From Lama guanicoe (lineage: Eukaryota), in NCBI GenBank assembly GCA_013239625.1, contig MU053365.1, positions 2,204,115 through 2,268,114 of the forward strand: a stretch of 64,000 bases of DNA, given 5' to 3'. The notes below the pieces were generated by a model. That model searched no databases. It had not been told where the DNA came from and worked only from the letters and a program-made list of their open reading frames with translations. Below, piece after piece: positions 1 through 12,910 of the stretch (its first letter is position 1; each line of letters opens with the position of its first letter). The translations under genes and the position numbers were made by a program.

Positions 1-113
1 TGCAATAATGAGGATGAATTTAACATAATAATACCTTTAAGAGAAAACAGACTTCTCTCTAAGGAATGTTGATGATCAAATAAATATGGGAGCCTCAAGG
101 CACTATTATAAAT

Positions 114-607
114 TACCCACTGAAATAAAATCACACAATGTGAGCATTGTGAGTTAAGTTTCATTTGGGGCAAAATGAGGACTGTAGCCCAGGAGACAGC
201 ATCGCAGACAGCTCTGAGGCACTGCTCCCAGGAGGCAGGGGGAGCTCAGTACCATATGCGATTTCAGTGCAGGGGGGACGTGCAGTCAAGCCCGCATTTA
301 AGGCACAGGCTTGCTGCTGGGCACAAGGAGCAGGTGTCACTGTTAATGATTTTAGTGCTTTTCTAGAGATGAGGAGATGCAAAAATCAGGCTCCTAATAT
401 CTTCTCCTGAAAATATCTAACTATCTGAAGGCCTGTTCCACCAGTTTGCCCAGAGCACAGAGCGCCTCATTCCTGACCCCCACCCTGAACTCCTTTCAGT
501 CAGGGTGTGTTGACGGTCGTGATTAACCCTTGCAGAGGGAGACGGCAAGTGCCAACGTGATTCAGTCCTTGTAGAGGCAGGTGGCAAGTGCCAATTTTTA
601 GTTGGCA
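114..607 (-). mobile_element. ERV1-class solo LTR (MER41-like, cetartiodactyl type)
   Basis: About 490 bp ending ...gtgccaatttttagttggca (TG on the minus strand). Clear similarity to the LTR at 35073 (ttgtgag...tttcatttgg...tgaggactgtagcc...agctctgagg). Internal ~37-bp tandem duplication at about 520-594. Family name from recall. Confidence 0.8.
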
Positions 608-739
608 AAGGTTACCAGCACTGGTACTGTTAGAGGTCGGGCCATTCAGAAGGGTAAATGGAAACTTTGCAGTGGGATCCAGGTATATATCTGGGGTGGG
701 AGGTGCTCACACGAGCTCAGGGTACGGGTCATATTTGTC

Positions 740-805
740 AGTCACCACTGCATGCCCAGCACCGCCTAGTGCATGGTAGCCACTCACTATGTGGTGAATG
801 AATTT
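740..805 (+). mobile_element. L2 LINE 3' tail fragment
   Basis: caccactgcatgcccagcac...gcatggtagccactca...gaatgaat resembles the L2 3' end. Confidence 0.5.
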
Positions 806-1899
806 GAGAGGAAATTCTTTCCAGGATAATTAGAGACTGAACAAGGAAAAGCTGAACACAGTTCAGAGCTGCCTTCAAAGCTGAGGGCGTTAAATAGCTG
901 GGGGATGAAAGAACACTTGATGATCAAATAACTGCTCCTATTTACCTGCTGTTTTACAGTTTTAAAGCACTTTATTTTCTGTTATCTCAAGGGTACCTTG
1001 CGTAGCTCTGAGAGGGTCAGGGCAGGTGTTATTCTCATCTGCAGTTTACAGATGCACAGGCAGTAGTAACACCATGGCCATTTTATTAGGAATGCTAAAA
1101 CCGAAAGAATTTCTTTTTCATTAGTGAGTGTAACCCCATGTATGACACACGGACTCCCGGGAGGATGCATCCCTTGTGCAGGGTTTCTTCAGGGTGTCTC
1201 CTCCACCCTGCAACACTCATGGCTTAGAAAGTGAATTGTATAAAGTCACGCCTAGCATTGCCTTTTTCCTAAGTACCCTTACAGTACAGAGTTTAAAGAA
1301 GGATGCTCAGTCACATTCATCACAGAGGATTCTTGGAGGCAGGCATGTTAATGGTGGCTGGCTTTCCAAAAGCACTAGTGGAGAGGTGTGTGGAGAAAAG
1401 GGCAGAGATCATGCCTCTTGGCACTTAGGGCGAGAGAGGAAAGCCCCTGTGAAATAGGAGATGAGGCCAACACGTGCCAACTACTGTATTTGAATCCACC
1501 ATTCCTTCATTTTTAGAATTTTCTGATTTAAAATTGCAAGAAGCCTTTTCTGCCTCTGCAATTTATTTCTGCTTTCTTATATTTGCCAAGAAAGTTTTCC
1601 TAAACTTGCAATCCAGGAATATCCAGGTTAAGTTCATCACTTTCTCCCAGCTCCGAAAAGGGATGGAATAAAAGGATGCTAGGCCCTTGTACAGTCATCT
1701 CTACTAGGTTGAATGAATGCAAACATGGCAACAATTTTATTCTTCTTATACTTCAGATGCTGCTACAGCAGAAGGCGTTAGCCCTTAATATCTGTGAGTC
1801 TCTCTAACTGGCCCACAGTAAACATATTTTAGGCTCAAGCTGGGACCCTTGTTGAAAAATGTTCGTTGGTATAACACTGGACACTGTATAAGTTGGTCC

Positions 1900-2630
1900 C
1901 GCTGTACATTTATAACCATCAGCTGCAAATGGGCCCTGAACACAGCCTCACCAGCCTAGCACATCCCTGTAATCAACATGCCCACTCTTCACAAACATCA
2001 GCAAAACTCATCAACTTCCCTTCCACTCACCGCCCCCACAGATGATCTTACCTGCTCCTTCACAGAGAAAATGTGTCACCAGATGAGAATGCTCTTATCT
2101 CTCTGCTCCCAAACATACTCATACTTACTCCATACTCCATTTCTACAACTTGTAACATTAGAGGAGCCTGTGTCAGGGTCCCATCTTTTTCAGCGTCCCT
2201 CACCTTACACTAGCAATTATCCCTTCTTGCTTTTCTATATTCTGTCTCTTCTTCTCAAATAGATCCTCCCATTTAGGCCTAATCATGCTCAAGCATCCAT
2301 CATCAAAAGACAGAGACCTCACCGAACCGCATATTCCTTCTGATTACTCTCCTATGTCTTTTCCTTTCACAACCAAATCTCTTAAAAGAGTTCCCTCTGC
2401 TGATGATCTGTCTGCATTTTCTCCCATCCCATTGATTCCCAGTTCACTCAGTTGGACTTTCAGCCACATCACAACTAAGATCTCTGAGGACACTCGCGTT
2501 GCTAACGCTATGGCAGTTCTTGTCTTGCATCACTTCAACAACATTCAGCATCATAGGTCACCCCTCTTCCCTTTGAAACATTCTCTTCTCTTGGAGAACA
2601 TGACACTATCTTTATGGTTTCCTTTCCAGA
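1900..2630 (+). mobile_element. L2 LINE, degenerate RT-region fragment
   Basis: C/T-rich L2-type sequence; 2520-2625 aligns by eye with the L2 RT motif region (LDLSAAFDTVDH...LGF.D..LSWF). Confidence 0.7.
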
Positions 2631-3699
2631 GGGTAAAACCTAGCTAACAGTTCTTCTTTCATTTGTGAATATATTGCATGGTTTTTCTAGATTGCATAAT
2701 GTTTCGCACGTAAGATACTGCCTACGGACAATTTAACATTTATACTCCATGAAAGTAAAAAATTTAATCTACAGCTAAATCTCATAATGACAAGCTTATG
2801 AACTTTATTTCATGGCCTATCAAAGACAATATTTATTACCTTCCTAATTGTGGCTATTGTACTTGAGGCAAGAATTGATTTAGGAAAAAACTAGATACAA
2901 TTTGATTAGAATATTATCGAATTTTAAAAAGTCTCTGGCCTTTCAGTTTAAATAATGATCAAAAATCAATATATATTCCTTGGATTTTGTTTTCTTCATA
3001 CTTTTGAAAGTGACCACTCTGGTGGATTAAAGCACTGGAAAGACTCAAAGATGCATTATAAAATATGAATCTAATTTGTGCATGTGCTAATGACAAGGCA
3101 CAGTTTAAACTAATACCCTGAAATCAAAATTTGAGAAGTGTTGCAGTTAAAAAAGAATCTTTATATCCTTGCACGCATCCTGACTCTGGTGTTAGTCCTG
3201 CCAAATTGGTATTGTCTTTTTAGAAACACAGTTTTACTTGAAATGCATAATGTAAACAATTTGATCAATAGTTTGATGAAACAAATTACATTAAACAATA
3301 GCAATATTTACCTTGCCAACAAGTGTGTATGAATTCTGACAAAATTCTGAAATCAAGAAGCAGGGAATCACTTGCAAAGCTGAGTACATGTTTCTCACGA
3401 CCCCTTTATATCTGCAGTTCTGACATGTTATCAAGTCAAAATGACATGATTTGCCAGGTGAAATACAGGAGGCCCAGTTACATTTGAATTTCAGACAAAC
3501 AATGAACATTTTTTTTCAGGAAACTATGTCCCATGACTGTGCAATATTTGAGACATGCTTATACCAAAAAAAAAAAATCATTCATTGCTTATCTGAAATG
3601 TAAGTATAACTGAGTATCCTGTATTTTTATTAAATCTGGTGACTTTACCTCACGCGGATGTTTAGTCACTCATCTTATTGTTCTGTTTCTTTCCACTGT

Positions 3700-4090
3700 A
3701 GGTATTAGACCTCAGCCTTCTGTTTTTCACTTCTCATTTTCCTACTCACAACAGCTTTGTCTAAACTTTACAGTGGCATCTCTCAAGTTGAGATTTCTCT
3801 CTACTTGAGGAAAGTTCTAACCACACATCCTAGCTGTCTGCAGGCTACCTCTGCTGGAGTATCTCACCTGCCTTTCAAATCTAAAAGAGCAACCATGAAG
3901 CCCAAGTATGTCCTCCAACCCATCATTGCTACTGCTTGAAGGGGCACCACCATCCTCCAGGAGTACAAGGCATTTTGCTGAACTTTTATCTGCATGGCTC
4001 CTTCCCCTTGACCATCATATCCAGGCAGTTACTTCCACTTGCTGGTCCCTCCTTGGTAACTCTGTCTTCTACATTGCTGCTGTCAACTCA
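3700..4090 (+). mobile_element. L2 LINE fragment
   Basis: cctagctgtctgcaggctacctctgctggagtatctcacc...tcaaatctaa... resembles the L2 post-RT region. Confidence 0.55.
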
Positions 4091-5019
4091 TCGCCAAGCT
4101 CCCCTCATAATGTATCAAGAGACCACTTCCTCTTTGGACAATCTTCTTTTAGGGAGAGCTATTTACTTAGAATATTCAGTCTGGGAACTGAATCAGGAGA
4201 GGAGGCAGTAAATTATAAACTGAGGATAATTATACTTAGTATACAATTTATCCATGAACATCAGCAATGCACATGTACCTAGATGGACAATCATCATTAT
4301 CATCAGCTTCAACCACTGTACAAGGATAACTATGGTGTGGCTTATGTGCTGAATATCAACCACTGCTATGTAAGGCAACGAGAAAACAGAAATGTATTCT
4401 CTCCCATTTGTGTTGGTGGGGATCCTTTTCTTTCTTTGGAATTCTGCTCAGAATCCTTTGTGTCTACATCTCTCATGGCCCCACGTCAGTCTACACATCT
4501 CTGTACATCCACCAGAACAGCTACTTGAACAGTAGAGTGCCCATGGTGTCAATGCCTGAAATTCAATCACAGAGGCCTTTTACCTTAACTACACAAACTT
4601 CAGTTGTCTGTAGTTTCGGCTATTTCTGGGCCTGTTTGCTATTTAATCCAAATGCATGTTGATTCTTGAAATTCAGAGGTCTGGTTTTCCTCCAGCGTGA
4701 ATTCAAGCCACCGTTGCCTTTGACAAATTGTCCATGCGCGTGTCATATATTACTTTTGTGAAGTGAGTGGAGGTTTCTGGACATCAGAGGTTTTAGATAA
4801 GGAACACACTACTCAGGCAGAGAGTGATACTTGAAAGCAAATTCACTGTTGTGCTCAGAAATTCTTTTCTCTTTATTTGTTTCTCATTTTCTGTTGAACC
4901 TGCCCCCAGTTAGTTAACTGGAGGATAAGACAAAATGATCTCTCTCAGACAACATGCTGCCTGCCCGACTCTGGATTTATCTTTACATATCTCATGGGCA
5001 ATGTAGTTACAATTGAAAT

Positions 5020-5593
5020 ATCCATTCCTCCCCCTCTAGCTTAGCTTCTCCTAATTTATCTTACACTGTTGCCAAGATAACTCTTTCTAAATTTTCCCCC
5101 ATTTTGTCCCTCTATCCAATAGATTCTGATGATTCCCTGCTGCCTGGGAGGTCACAGCCAATGCCTGAGCCTGACCTGTGAAGCTGTACATCGCCAGCCC
5201 CGTCTTCTCAACCCACGAATCCTCTCCTAAATCCTGCTCCCACTCCTTCTGCCCCTATCAACAGTGAGAAAATGTATTTTGTACCCCAGACCTTTGCTAC
5301 TGCTGTCTACCCCCATTTCTCAACCTTCCCAGCTACCCCAAAGCTCATTATTACTTCTAGCACAGCATACAAACTTTCTCCTCCCCGAGGTCTTCATGGA
5401 AAATCAGAAGATCAAAATGAGCATCTCCATTGTTACATATGACACTCTCCTTTTTGAGCCATTTTGTATTTTGTCTCCCTGATCAAATTAACAGTATGTA
5501 ACAGCTAAGGACTGCCTTCTATTTCTTTGCATCTCACTCAGTACAGGTCTTCGCAAAGTTTATAGTGCTAACTGAATGGATGAGTGAGTGAAT
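5020..5593 (+). mobile_element. L2 LINE 3' region
   Basis: L2-type body ending in the tail ctgaatggatgagtgagtgaat. Confidence 0.6.
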
Positions 5594-5792
5594 AGTGTCG
5601 TGGAAAGACCACTGGATTTAAATTCAGCATAGCGGTTTTATTATTTATTGGCTTGTGTCCTTCTACACAAGTGATTTTAGACAGGAGTGCCTATTCTTTT
5701 ACCTGTAAAAGGGGGATAAACTACCCATCCTAATTAATTTATAGTATTGTTGGTTGTTGTAAAGATAAAATCAGGCAATATTTTTGAAACAC
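5594..5792 (+). mobile_element. MIR SINE
   Basis: gtggaaagaccactgga...ttttacctgtaaaagggggataa...gtaaagataaaa: MIR head and core. Confidence 0.65.
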
Positions 5793-6384
5793 ATCAACTT
5801 GGGGCTTAAAGGAAATGTAAGTTTTAGTGTCACTGTGTATGCAGCACATTCACGGGTGAGAGGCCCAGCAAGTACAAAGGCAAGGCCATCAAATGACCCT
5901 TCCAGGAACACAGAAATAAGCAAACATTTGCTTAGCTTTTCTAGCTGTAAGTCACATCACTGCAGTAGATTTTCTATTTCCCATATTTCATTATAGTAAT
6001 ACAAAATCAATCAACCTACCCTTGACTTTATTCAGGGATGATTTCTCTGTTGGCAGTGTGCCTTCTGCATAAATCTGTATTTTTCTCTTCCCAAAGGTCA
6101 GATGTATTACCGAACATCTGCTCTAAGAAAATCTTTATGGAGTCAATGGTGTTCTAGAATAGGGAGCCACGTAATGCTCCCAGAACACGTCTCCTATGGT
6201 CGGCCCCTTGTCGAATGCCCATACCTTGTTGAATATGGGACTTCAGCTGACACAGAAAGCATGTTGGGAGATGCAAAACTATTTTAAAGAATTCAATCTG
6301 TAAGACGAAATGGCCAAAACACTTCTGAAAGTGCAACAACATATATCTGTTCTTATCTGGCTATAAACATCTGATAAATGATGA

Positions 6385-6600
6385 CAGAGAACATTTATAT
6401 GGCACTTACTATATGCCAGGCAATGTTCTAAGTGCTTTGCCCAGTGAATTAGCTACTACTAGGAGCTGTATTTTATAGAAGAGGAAACTGATACACACAG
6501 AGGTGAAGTGACTTGTCCAAGGTCATGCAGTTACTCGGTTGCTCTCCAGACTGCAAACCCAGGCAGCTGGGGCTCTAGGGTTTTTACTTAGAATCACTAT
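6385..6600 (-). mobile_element. MIR SINE
   Basis: cacttactatatgccaggcaatgttctaagtgcttt...gaggaaactga...gtgaagtgacttgtccaaggtca. Confidence 0.8.
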
Positions 6601-6619
6601 GTTATGTGCCTAAAAGAAT

Positions 6620-6795
6620 GATTCAATTTCTTTTCAAAAATGACACAGTACTGCGTTGTATGAATGGATCATAACTTGTGTAACCACTTCTTAATGAGCA
6701 TTTTGGCTGTTTCACCCTTTTTGCTATTATAAACTTTTCAGGAACATCCTAGTGCAAAAATTGGGATATTTGTCTAAATGTTTCCTTGGGATAAA
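6620..6795 (-). mobile_element. Old L1 (L1ME-like) 3' fragment
   Basis: cagtactgcgttgtatgaatggatcata...tggctgtttc...ttgctattataaac matches the antisense L1 ORF2 C-terminal region. Confidence 0.55.
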
Positions 6796-6859
6796 TCACT
6801 GTACTTTCTGGAATAAAGTGTTCCAGAAAGCTTATACTTTGAGGTGTTATTTTCACGTG

Positions 6860-7050
6860 TAATATCTCATTTAACAAACACAGCAAACCCATAAATTAGG
6901 TGTATATAATTACCTCAATTTCAGGCATAAGGGAATTGGGAATCAGAAAGGTAAAGTCAAGTGCTCAAAGTCAGAGAGCTAATGTGCCATGCAGGTTAGA
7001 TTCTAATCTAGGGAAATCCAAGGTCAAACCTCTTACTACTTTTACTTATG
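6860..7050 (-). mobile_element. MIR SINE
   Basis: atctcatttaac...aattacctcaatttcaggcataagggaattgg...aggtaaagtcaagtgctcaaagtca. Confidence 0.6.
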
Positions 7051-7479
7051 ACCCACTGTTTTTCTTAAGTCAAAGCTCACATGTTCTCAGATTACATGCA
7101 ATGGATTTAAAGGTGTCTTTCCCTCTGGATTCAGGTCCTCTCCTAGGGAGCTCGTTCTGCAACTATGCACCTTCATTCTGCTACAGAAAACAGAAACAAA
7201 ATCAAAAGCAAGGAATTCTCTGTCACTTCAGACCCCTTCATGGTCCACTGTAGATTTTTTCAGGTTTTGAAAGCTTAATGAACAGATTTGATTTAATTAA
7301 AAAATTCTGTCATAATATAACCATAAAATTACCCTAGGCTCAGAGCACTGAAAACAACAATCTAATGAGAATCAAGCATAGTTATTTGTAGATGTGGTTA
7401 TTTGTGACCTCTTCATAAATAAACAAGTTCCAAATAAGTGCTCGTGGTGTTTGAAGAAAATTAAAAAAAAAAAAAGCAG

Positions 7480-8635
7480 GCGAGAGAATGGGGATGTCTG
7501 GTTAAAAATGATGAATTAAGCATACGTGATTGTTATCACACCTTCCAGAAGCCTCAATAAAAATGATAATAAAAAGAAAGAGAAAAGGCAAAAAATGAGA
7601 GAAAAGGAAACAGCAGGGGAGAGAGGTTACCGGCAGGTTCGTAGATGAAATGGGATGGCCCTCCATTCACTAAGCAGATCCGAAAGCGAAGTGCTTACTG
7701 AAGTAGGCTGTTACAGGGCAGTCACAAGGAGCCACACGGGTGGTACTCGGACTCCGGTGAAGGTCCTTCACCTGGACTCGGGGTTGGCCCTGTGATTTGC
7801 TGTTGTTAATGGAGTGCAAGTGGAAGGATGCTAGGTCGGTTCTGAAGATTAGTTGAAAATCAGGGGTTTTTTTTTCCTCTCCTGGACATTCAGAATTCTC
7901 ATATACATCCCCTAAGCAGGTGATTAGACAATTCTCTCAGAAGAAACTGACCAACCCAAGGTAAAATAACCGCCGGGAATCCAAATCAGGGGAATGATGA
8001 TGGGGATTTCAAAGGAAGGGTCAATGGAAATAATAAGATTACAACTGTGCAGCTGGCCCTGGGGCTGACAGATGGCTCTAAAAGGGAGAAAAAGAAAAAA
8101 AAACCTCATAGAATACTTGACGTGCTTGAAGAAGGACTTTACAGTTCTTTAGAAGAGTTTGGAGGGAAAATTAATGACTTTATATTGAAGAGTAATCAAG
8201 TGAAAAACCAAGGCAATTTTTAATTCTAGGCAAAACAAAACTGCATAACAGATAAGAGTTATGTGTATGGCTCTTTTGTGAACAAGCTAAATGCAAATAC
8301 TGAATATCTAGTAAACCAACCATTCTGATAATATTAGAATGGTTAGGAGAGGGTGATTAAGAGGATGTAGAGGTGGCAGTGCTAAATCTACAATTTCCAT
8401 AGTAGATGGAAAACAACTAATGTCAAAAATTGAAAAAAAAAAACAAAACTCAAGGCCTGGCAGCATATGCGCATTATTTAGAAATACGCAAGGAAAATCC
8501 AGAAGCAGCAGAGCAAAGATTTGGAAATACGTTGTCTCTGAAGAACAGGGCTGAGAGATGTGGCCAGAGGAGCGCTGTTTTTCTTTACAAGCCTTGAAAT
8601 ATTTGCTTGAACTCTGTACATATATTGCTTTAATT
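7480..8635 (+). mobile_element. HAL1 / old L1-derived element
   Basis: A-rich decayed body; 3' end gttgtctctgaagaacagg...ctgtttttctttacaagccttg...tattgctttaat resembles HAL1. The 5' boundary is uncertain. Confidence 0.5.
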
Positions 8636-9822
8636 TAGAGGCACATAATGTCAGAAAACCAAAAATAAAAACAAAGAGGAAGAAAGGGAGAGATGTCTAA
8701 AAAGTGGGAAAGGATAATCCCATTTGCTGGCAAAACTGAATGTATAGAGCTAATAATTTTCAAAAGTCTCTTCAAAAGACTTTTCAGTAGAAACAGTGAA
8801 AATCTAAGTGCTGATTTTTTCCCCACAAGTTACATACATTTCCCAGGTTCAGTTATTGAGTAAAAACAAGCTTCAGCCCGATTAGTTTATATTCACAATG
8901 AATATATCCCTGTTCTTTTTATCTGAAAATAAAATCTTCATTTTTTTCCCCAGAAATTGGGCAAAATTAACCATACATGGGAGTAAAGATGCTTTCCATT
9001 AAAAATCACTTTATGGCAGTTTTATTTTAGTGTTTCAGTTTTGCCATCCTGGATAACTAGATTTAAAAAAAAAATGCCCAGAATTTGTCCCTAGGCAACC
9101 ACCCAAATGCAGCAAGTTGAGGAGCAGATGAAATCAGCAAGTGACAAGCACAGGGAGAGATGGCGAAATGTGACTGATTGAAGAGCTTGCACGGTGTAGG
9201 GGGGACATCCAATGAGTGGGGACAACAAAACATCAAATGGGATTTTAGAGACAACTGGAAAATGTTCCTTAAAATAGAATTGAAAGCATAAGAAGTAGAA
9301 TGGCAGCTGGCCATTTTTCTGTAATGTACAAAAATAATCATCTGAATTGAGTACAAAGAAGGCAAGAGAAAGAAAAATCAGCCAACGAAGGTAAAGAGAT
9401 CAAAACTCCCAAGCAAAAGAGCAGAAAGACTCTTTATAGAATGATCGAGCTGCAAATAATCCATCATTGAACTTCTAGTCATTATGGTCAACTAAGCTAA
9501 CACACAAAATATCCCCTCTGGCTTCAGACTTAGAGGAGTACTGAATGAAATTCATTTTTCTTTTCAAAAGTGTATACCCAAAGCTAAAAGCAAGAAACAG
9601 AAACCCCTAGTAACAAAAATGAAGTAGACCTCCAAGCCAGAAGGTAAGCAGGAGGCATGTGAGCTTGAGAGAAGCCCTGAGGCGTGTGTGTGGCTACAGA
9701 GGTAGAATTGAGCTCCCTGAATAAAGTCTATCAAACGTGGAACTAGAAACAAAGGTGTTCCTGTAGGTCTAGGGACAAGGAATCTTCCCTGTCCTGCCCC
9801 ACTCCTATCCTTACAATGCTTT

Positions 9823-9860
9823 GAGGAAAAGAAAGAAGAAAGAGAGAAAGAAAGAAAGAG

Positions 9861-9953
<93 letters not shown>

Positions 9954-10053
9954 AAGAAAGAAAGGAAGGAAGGAAGGAAGGAAGAAAGGAAGGAAGAAAG
10001 AAAGAAAGGAAGAGAGAGAGAGAGAGAAAGAAAGAAAAGAAAGAGAGAGAGAG

Positions 10054-10112
<59 letters not shown>

Positions 10113-10151
10113 GAAAGAAAAGAAAGAGAGAAAGAAAGAAAGAGAGAAAGG
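9823..10151 (+). repeat. Compound (GAAA)n/(GA)n/(GGAA)n polypurine microsatellite
   Basis: 329 consecutive A/G bases; explains the ORFs at 9564-10261. Confidence 0.98.
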
Positions 10152-10254
10152 CAGGCCAGCTGGCCCTGACAAAATGGAACTCTAATACGCACTGGCCATT
10201 GTCTACACTGAGAGCTAACACGAGACTAGAACTGGGGAAGTCCTGCAGCAGATG

Positions 10255-11515
10255 GTGCTAGAACCCACAGACGTGTGCCCCTACTCGCACGAGGCTGCCA
10301 CAGAGAAACTACTCTGTTAATAAAGGAAACTGGACCTGTAAGAAAGCAGTGGGATGAAAAAGCGAAGAAATTGGTTAAGATACATTATTAAATCTAAATA
10401 AATATTGGCAACAAATAATAACAATCATAACAGTGAAAGTCACAGCAGCGGCAGATTGGGAGAGGTCAAAAACACAGTAAAACACTAGACATACACAGAA
10501 GGGAAGATGGAATGGGAGGGTTTGAATTTCATCTTTCTGAAGGCTTAAGGAGCAAAGCTAGGGAGCAGCTTTAGAGTTTAAACACTTGTGCTAGAAATGT
10601 TAAGGTTGTCATTAATAGAAGAGAAATAGAAGCCTACACTGGGGATTTTCCATTTGCCCAATAAGATCAGTCTCCACCCTTCTCGGTCCTACTCTGTGCA
10701 TCTAGAGGCTGACCCCTAACAGCTGCATCAACTGGCCTCTGTGGCTGCTTGGTTTGTCAGTAGCTGAAGTCTCTGAAGGCCATGGCCCCCGCAGGCTGCT
10801 GCACTTGCTGGACCCTGCAAAGGCCTCCCTCCTCTCACCTCTCAGACCTCTGAAGTGCTAACAGCTTCTCTTGGTCTCTAGGAGCCTGCTGTAGGAGCCT
10901 CAAGATGAGCCATGATCCCTTGTTTTTGTTCACCCTACCCACACCTTTGGGTGCAGCCCTTCCGTTAAACTCTTTCCAGTGACTCCTTTTGAGTGGGTAA
11001 TCTGTGCATTTCCCTGTGTATTGGACCCTTACCCGTACAAAGGCAGAACTTCCAAATCAGTCTGAACAGGGAAAAACAGGGTTGGAGAAGGTAAAGCCAA
11101 CTCTACCTAGGGGGCCGGAGAAAAAATAAAACAAAGAAGCATGAGAAATGGTAACAGTAAGTAATGTGACTGAAGTAAGTCAAAATGATATACACAGTGA
11201 TGTACCATTTATATATATTTAAAAGTGAACAAAACAATATTATACAGTAATTATAGGCACAAACATGCATCATAAAATTCTAAAAGCACAGACTGGAATT
11301 TTATATACTGAGTTCAGCCTAATGGTTGCCTCCAGGAAGGCAAAAAAGAACGCAAAGAGAAGACATTTAAATGGATCTGAAATATTTTAATTTCCTAACA
11401 AAAATATTTGAAGCGAATATGCACTATATTAGCATTTCTGCTTATTTTGGGTGGTGTACATGGGTGTTATAAGACTTTCTGCAGTGTTCTGTGTGTCCAA
11501 ACTGTTTCATAAAAA
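10255..11515 (+). mobile_element. Old L1 (L1ME-like) remnant interrupted by an LTR
   Basis: A-rich L1-like sequence on both sides of the LTR at 10641; 3' UTR-like end ttgggtggtgtacatgggtgtt...tgtttcataaaaa. Confidence 0.5.
10641..11039 (+). mobile_element. ERVL solo LTR (LTR33-like)
   Basis: Starts near (t)ggggattttccatttgcccc...ctccacccttctc...gaggctgacc and ends cccttccgttaaactctt...ttttgagtg...ggaccct...taca. Confidence 0.7.
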
Positions 11516-12769
11516 GTCTATTATTCCAAATGAGAACTGTTTGGTTCTTACTCAAATCCTGTTGTATCTTGATGGATTTCCCTTTTAGATGACCTACACT
11601 ATTATTTGAGACTGAAAGAAGTCTTAAAGTGTTACAAGCATAGCAGCAAAGAGCTTTTAGCCATGTACGTTAATAAATACCTTTGCTGTTCTATTATTGA
11701 CATATAAAATGTCATCTTCAAGTGGCTATTACCACCCCAGGTACTATGGGATTTACACAGCACTAAGAAGGCACAGTCTTAGCCCTCAAGGATCCAATAA
11801 TAATGAGACTTTGACATCCCTAAATGATATTAATTAAATAAGAAAAGATAGCTGCATTAGAGAGGCATTCCAGCCGTATCACATCCTGGATGGCTAAAAC
11901 CATAGGTGGACATGTCAACACAAAGTCATGCAGTGATTTAGCATGTTGAGAAAATAAAAGCTGGCTCCTACTGACTTTGATATATTTTAATAAAATAAGA
12001 TGAATTCAAATGGCTATCTTTCTGAGAACTAACTATATTATTTACATTTTTCATTTTGTCATATGACACTGTAGATATATGAAAATGTAATCCAAACTTC
12101 CTTTCAATCTTCATAGGGCTTTCTGCCCCAGATATAATTTTCTGCTCTGCTCTAAGAAAGAGAATAAATGTAATAAAAATTGGTATAGTGCTACATTGAG
12201 AAGACTAAACATGTTTCAATTCAATATTCTAATATTTTCTTTTTCCTTGTGCATTTTTAGGGTCATAAAAAATAGATCTCACTGGGACTTACGTCTAGGA
12301 AGGACATCCATAAACCTGCAGATTATATAATACACAAGAGAGAATGCTTTCAATTAGCGAAGGGCTGATTTTACCAAGTTCTGGATCACACAAAAGCCTT
12401 TGGGTTCCTTCTCACTACCAAGATCGCAACACTGGGCAGCTTGCCACTCACTTGTATGGCCAGTCCTCTTTCAAATATGAGTCAAATGGATGAAAGAAAA
12501 GAAACTTCAATTCAGTCTAAGTTTAACATGATAGTATTCTACATAGATTTTCTCACAGAGAAAGATATTAAAATAGAATGTAATTTGGAGATGACACATA
12601 AATTCATCCCTGATACCATCTTCTCCGTGAACATAGAGAAAAGGTTGAGTACAAAGTGTTTCACCAACAGCCGAGAAAACAGTGCAACGCGCTCCTATTC
12701 TCAAAGAGGAGGAGGGGAGAAAGGGGCTGAACACGGATCTGTCATCCCCCGCGGGTCATGAAGTTTGAA

Positions 12770-12910
12770 TGCATTCACTCATTTAATCCTCCCAACAATC
12801 TCAGTTTTACAGATGGGGAAACTGAGGCTCAGAAAAGTGCAATAATTTGCACACAGCAATTAAGTTGTGAATCCAGGATTCTAGTGCCAATAGTTTTGGC
12901 TCTAAATCAC
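12770..12910 (-). mobile_element. MIR SINE
   Basis: ctcatttaatcctcccaacaa...ttttacagatggggaaactgaggctcagaaaag core. Confidence 0.85.

Noticed and set aside
1590..1705. Minus-strand frame VEMTVQGPSILLFHPFSELGESDELNLDIPGLQV* and an overlapping plus-strand mini-exon
   Set aside because: Weak splice sites and no recognised protein.
9564..10261. Four long ORFs (136-202 aa; S/F/L-rich or K/E/R-rich)
   Set aside because: Read-through of a purine microsatellite that contains no stop codons.
12441..12761. 106-aa plus-strand ORF
   Set aside because: Starts at TTG, has no recognisable homology and no convincing exon boundaries.
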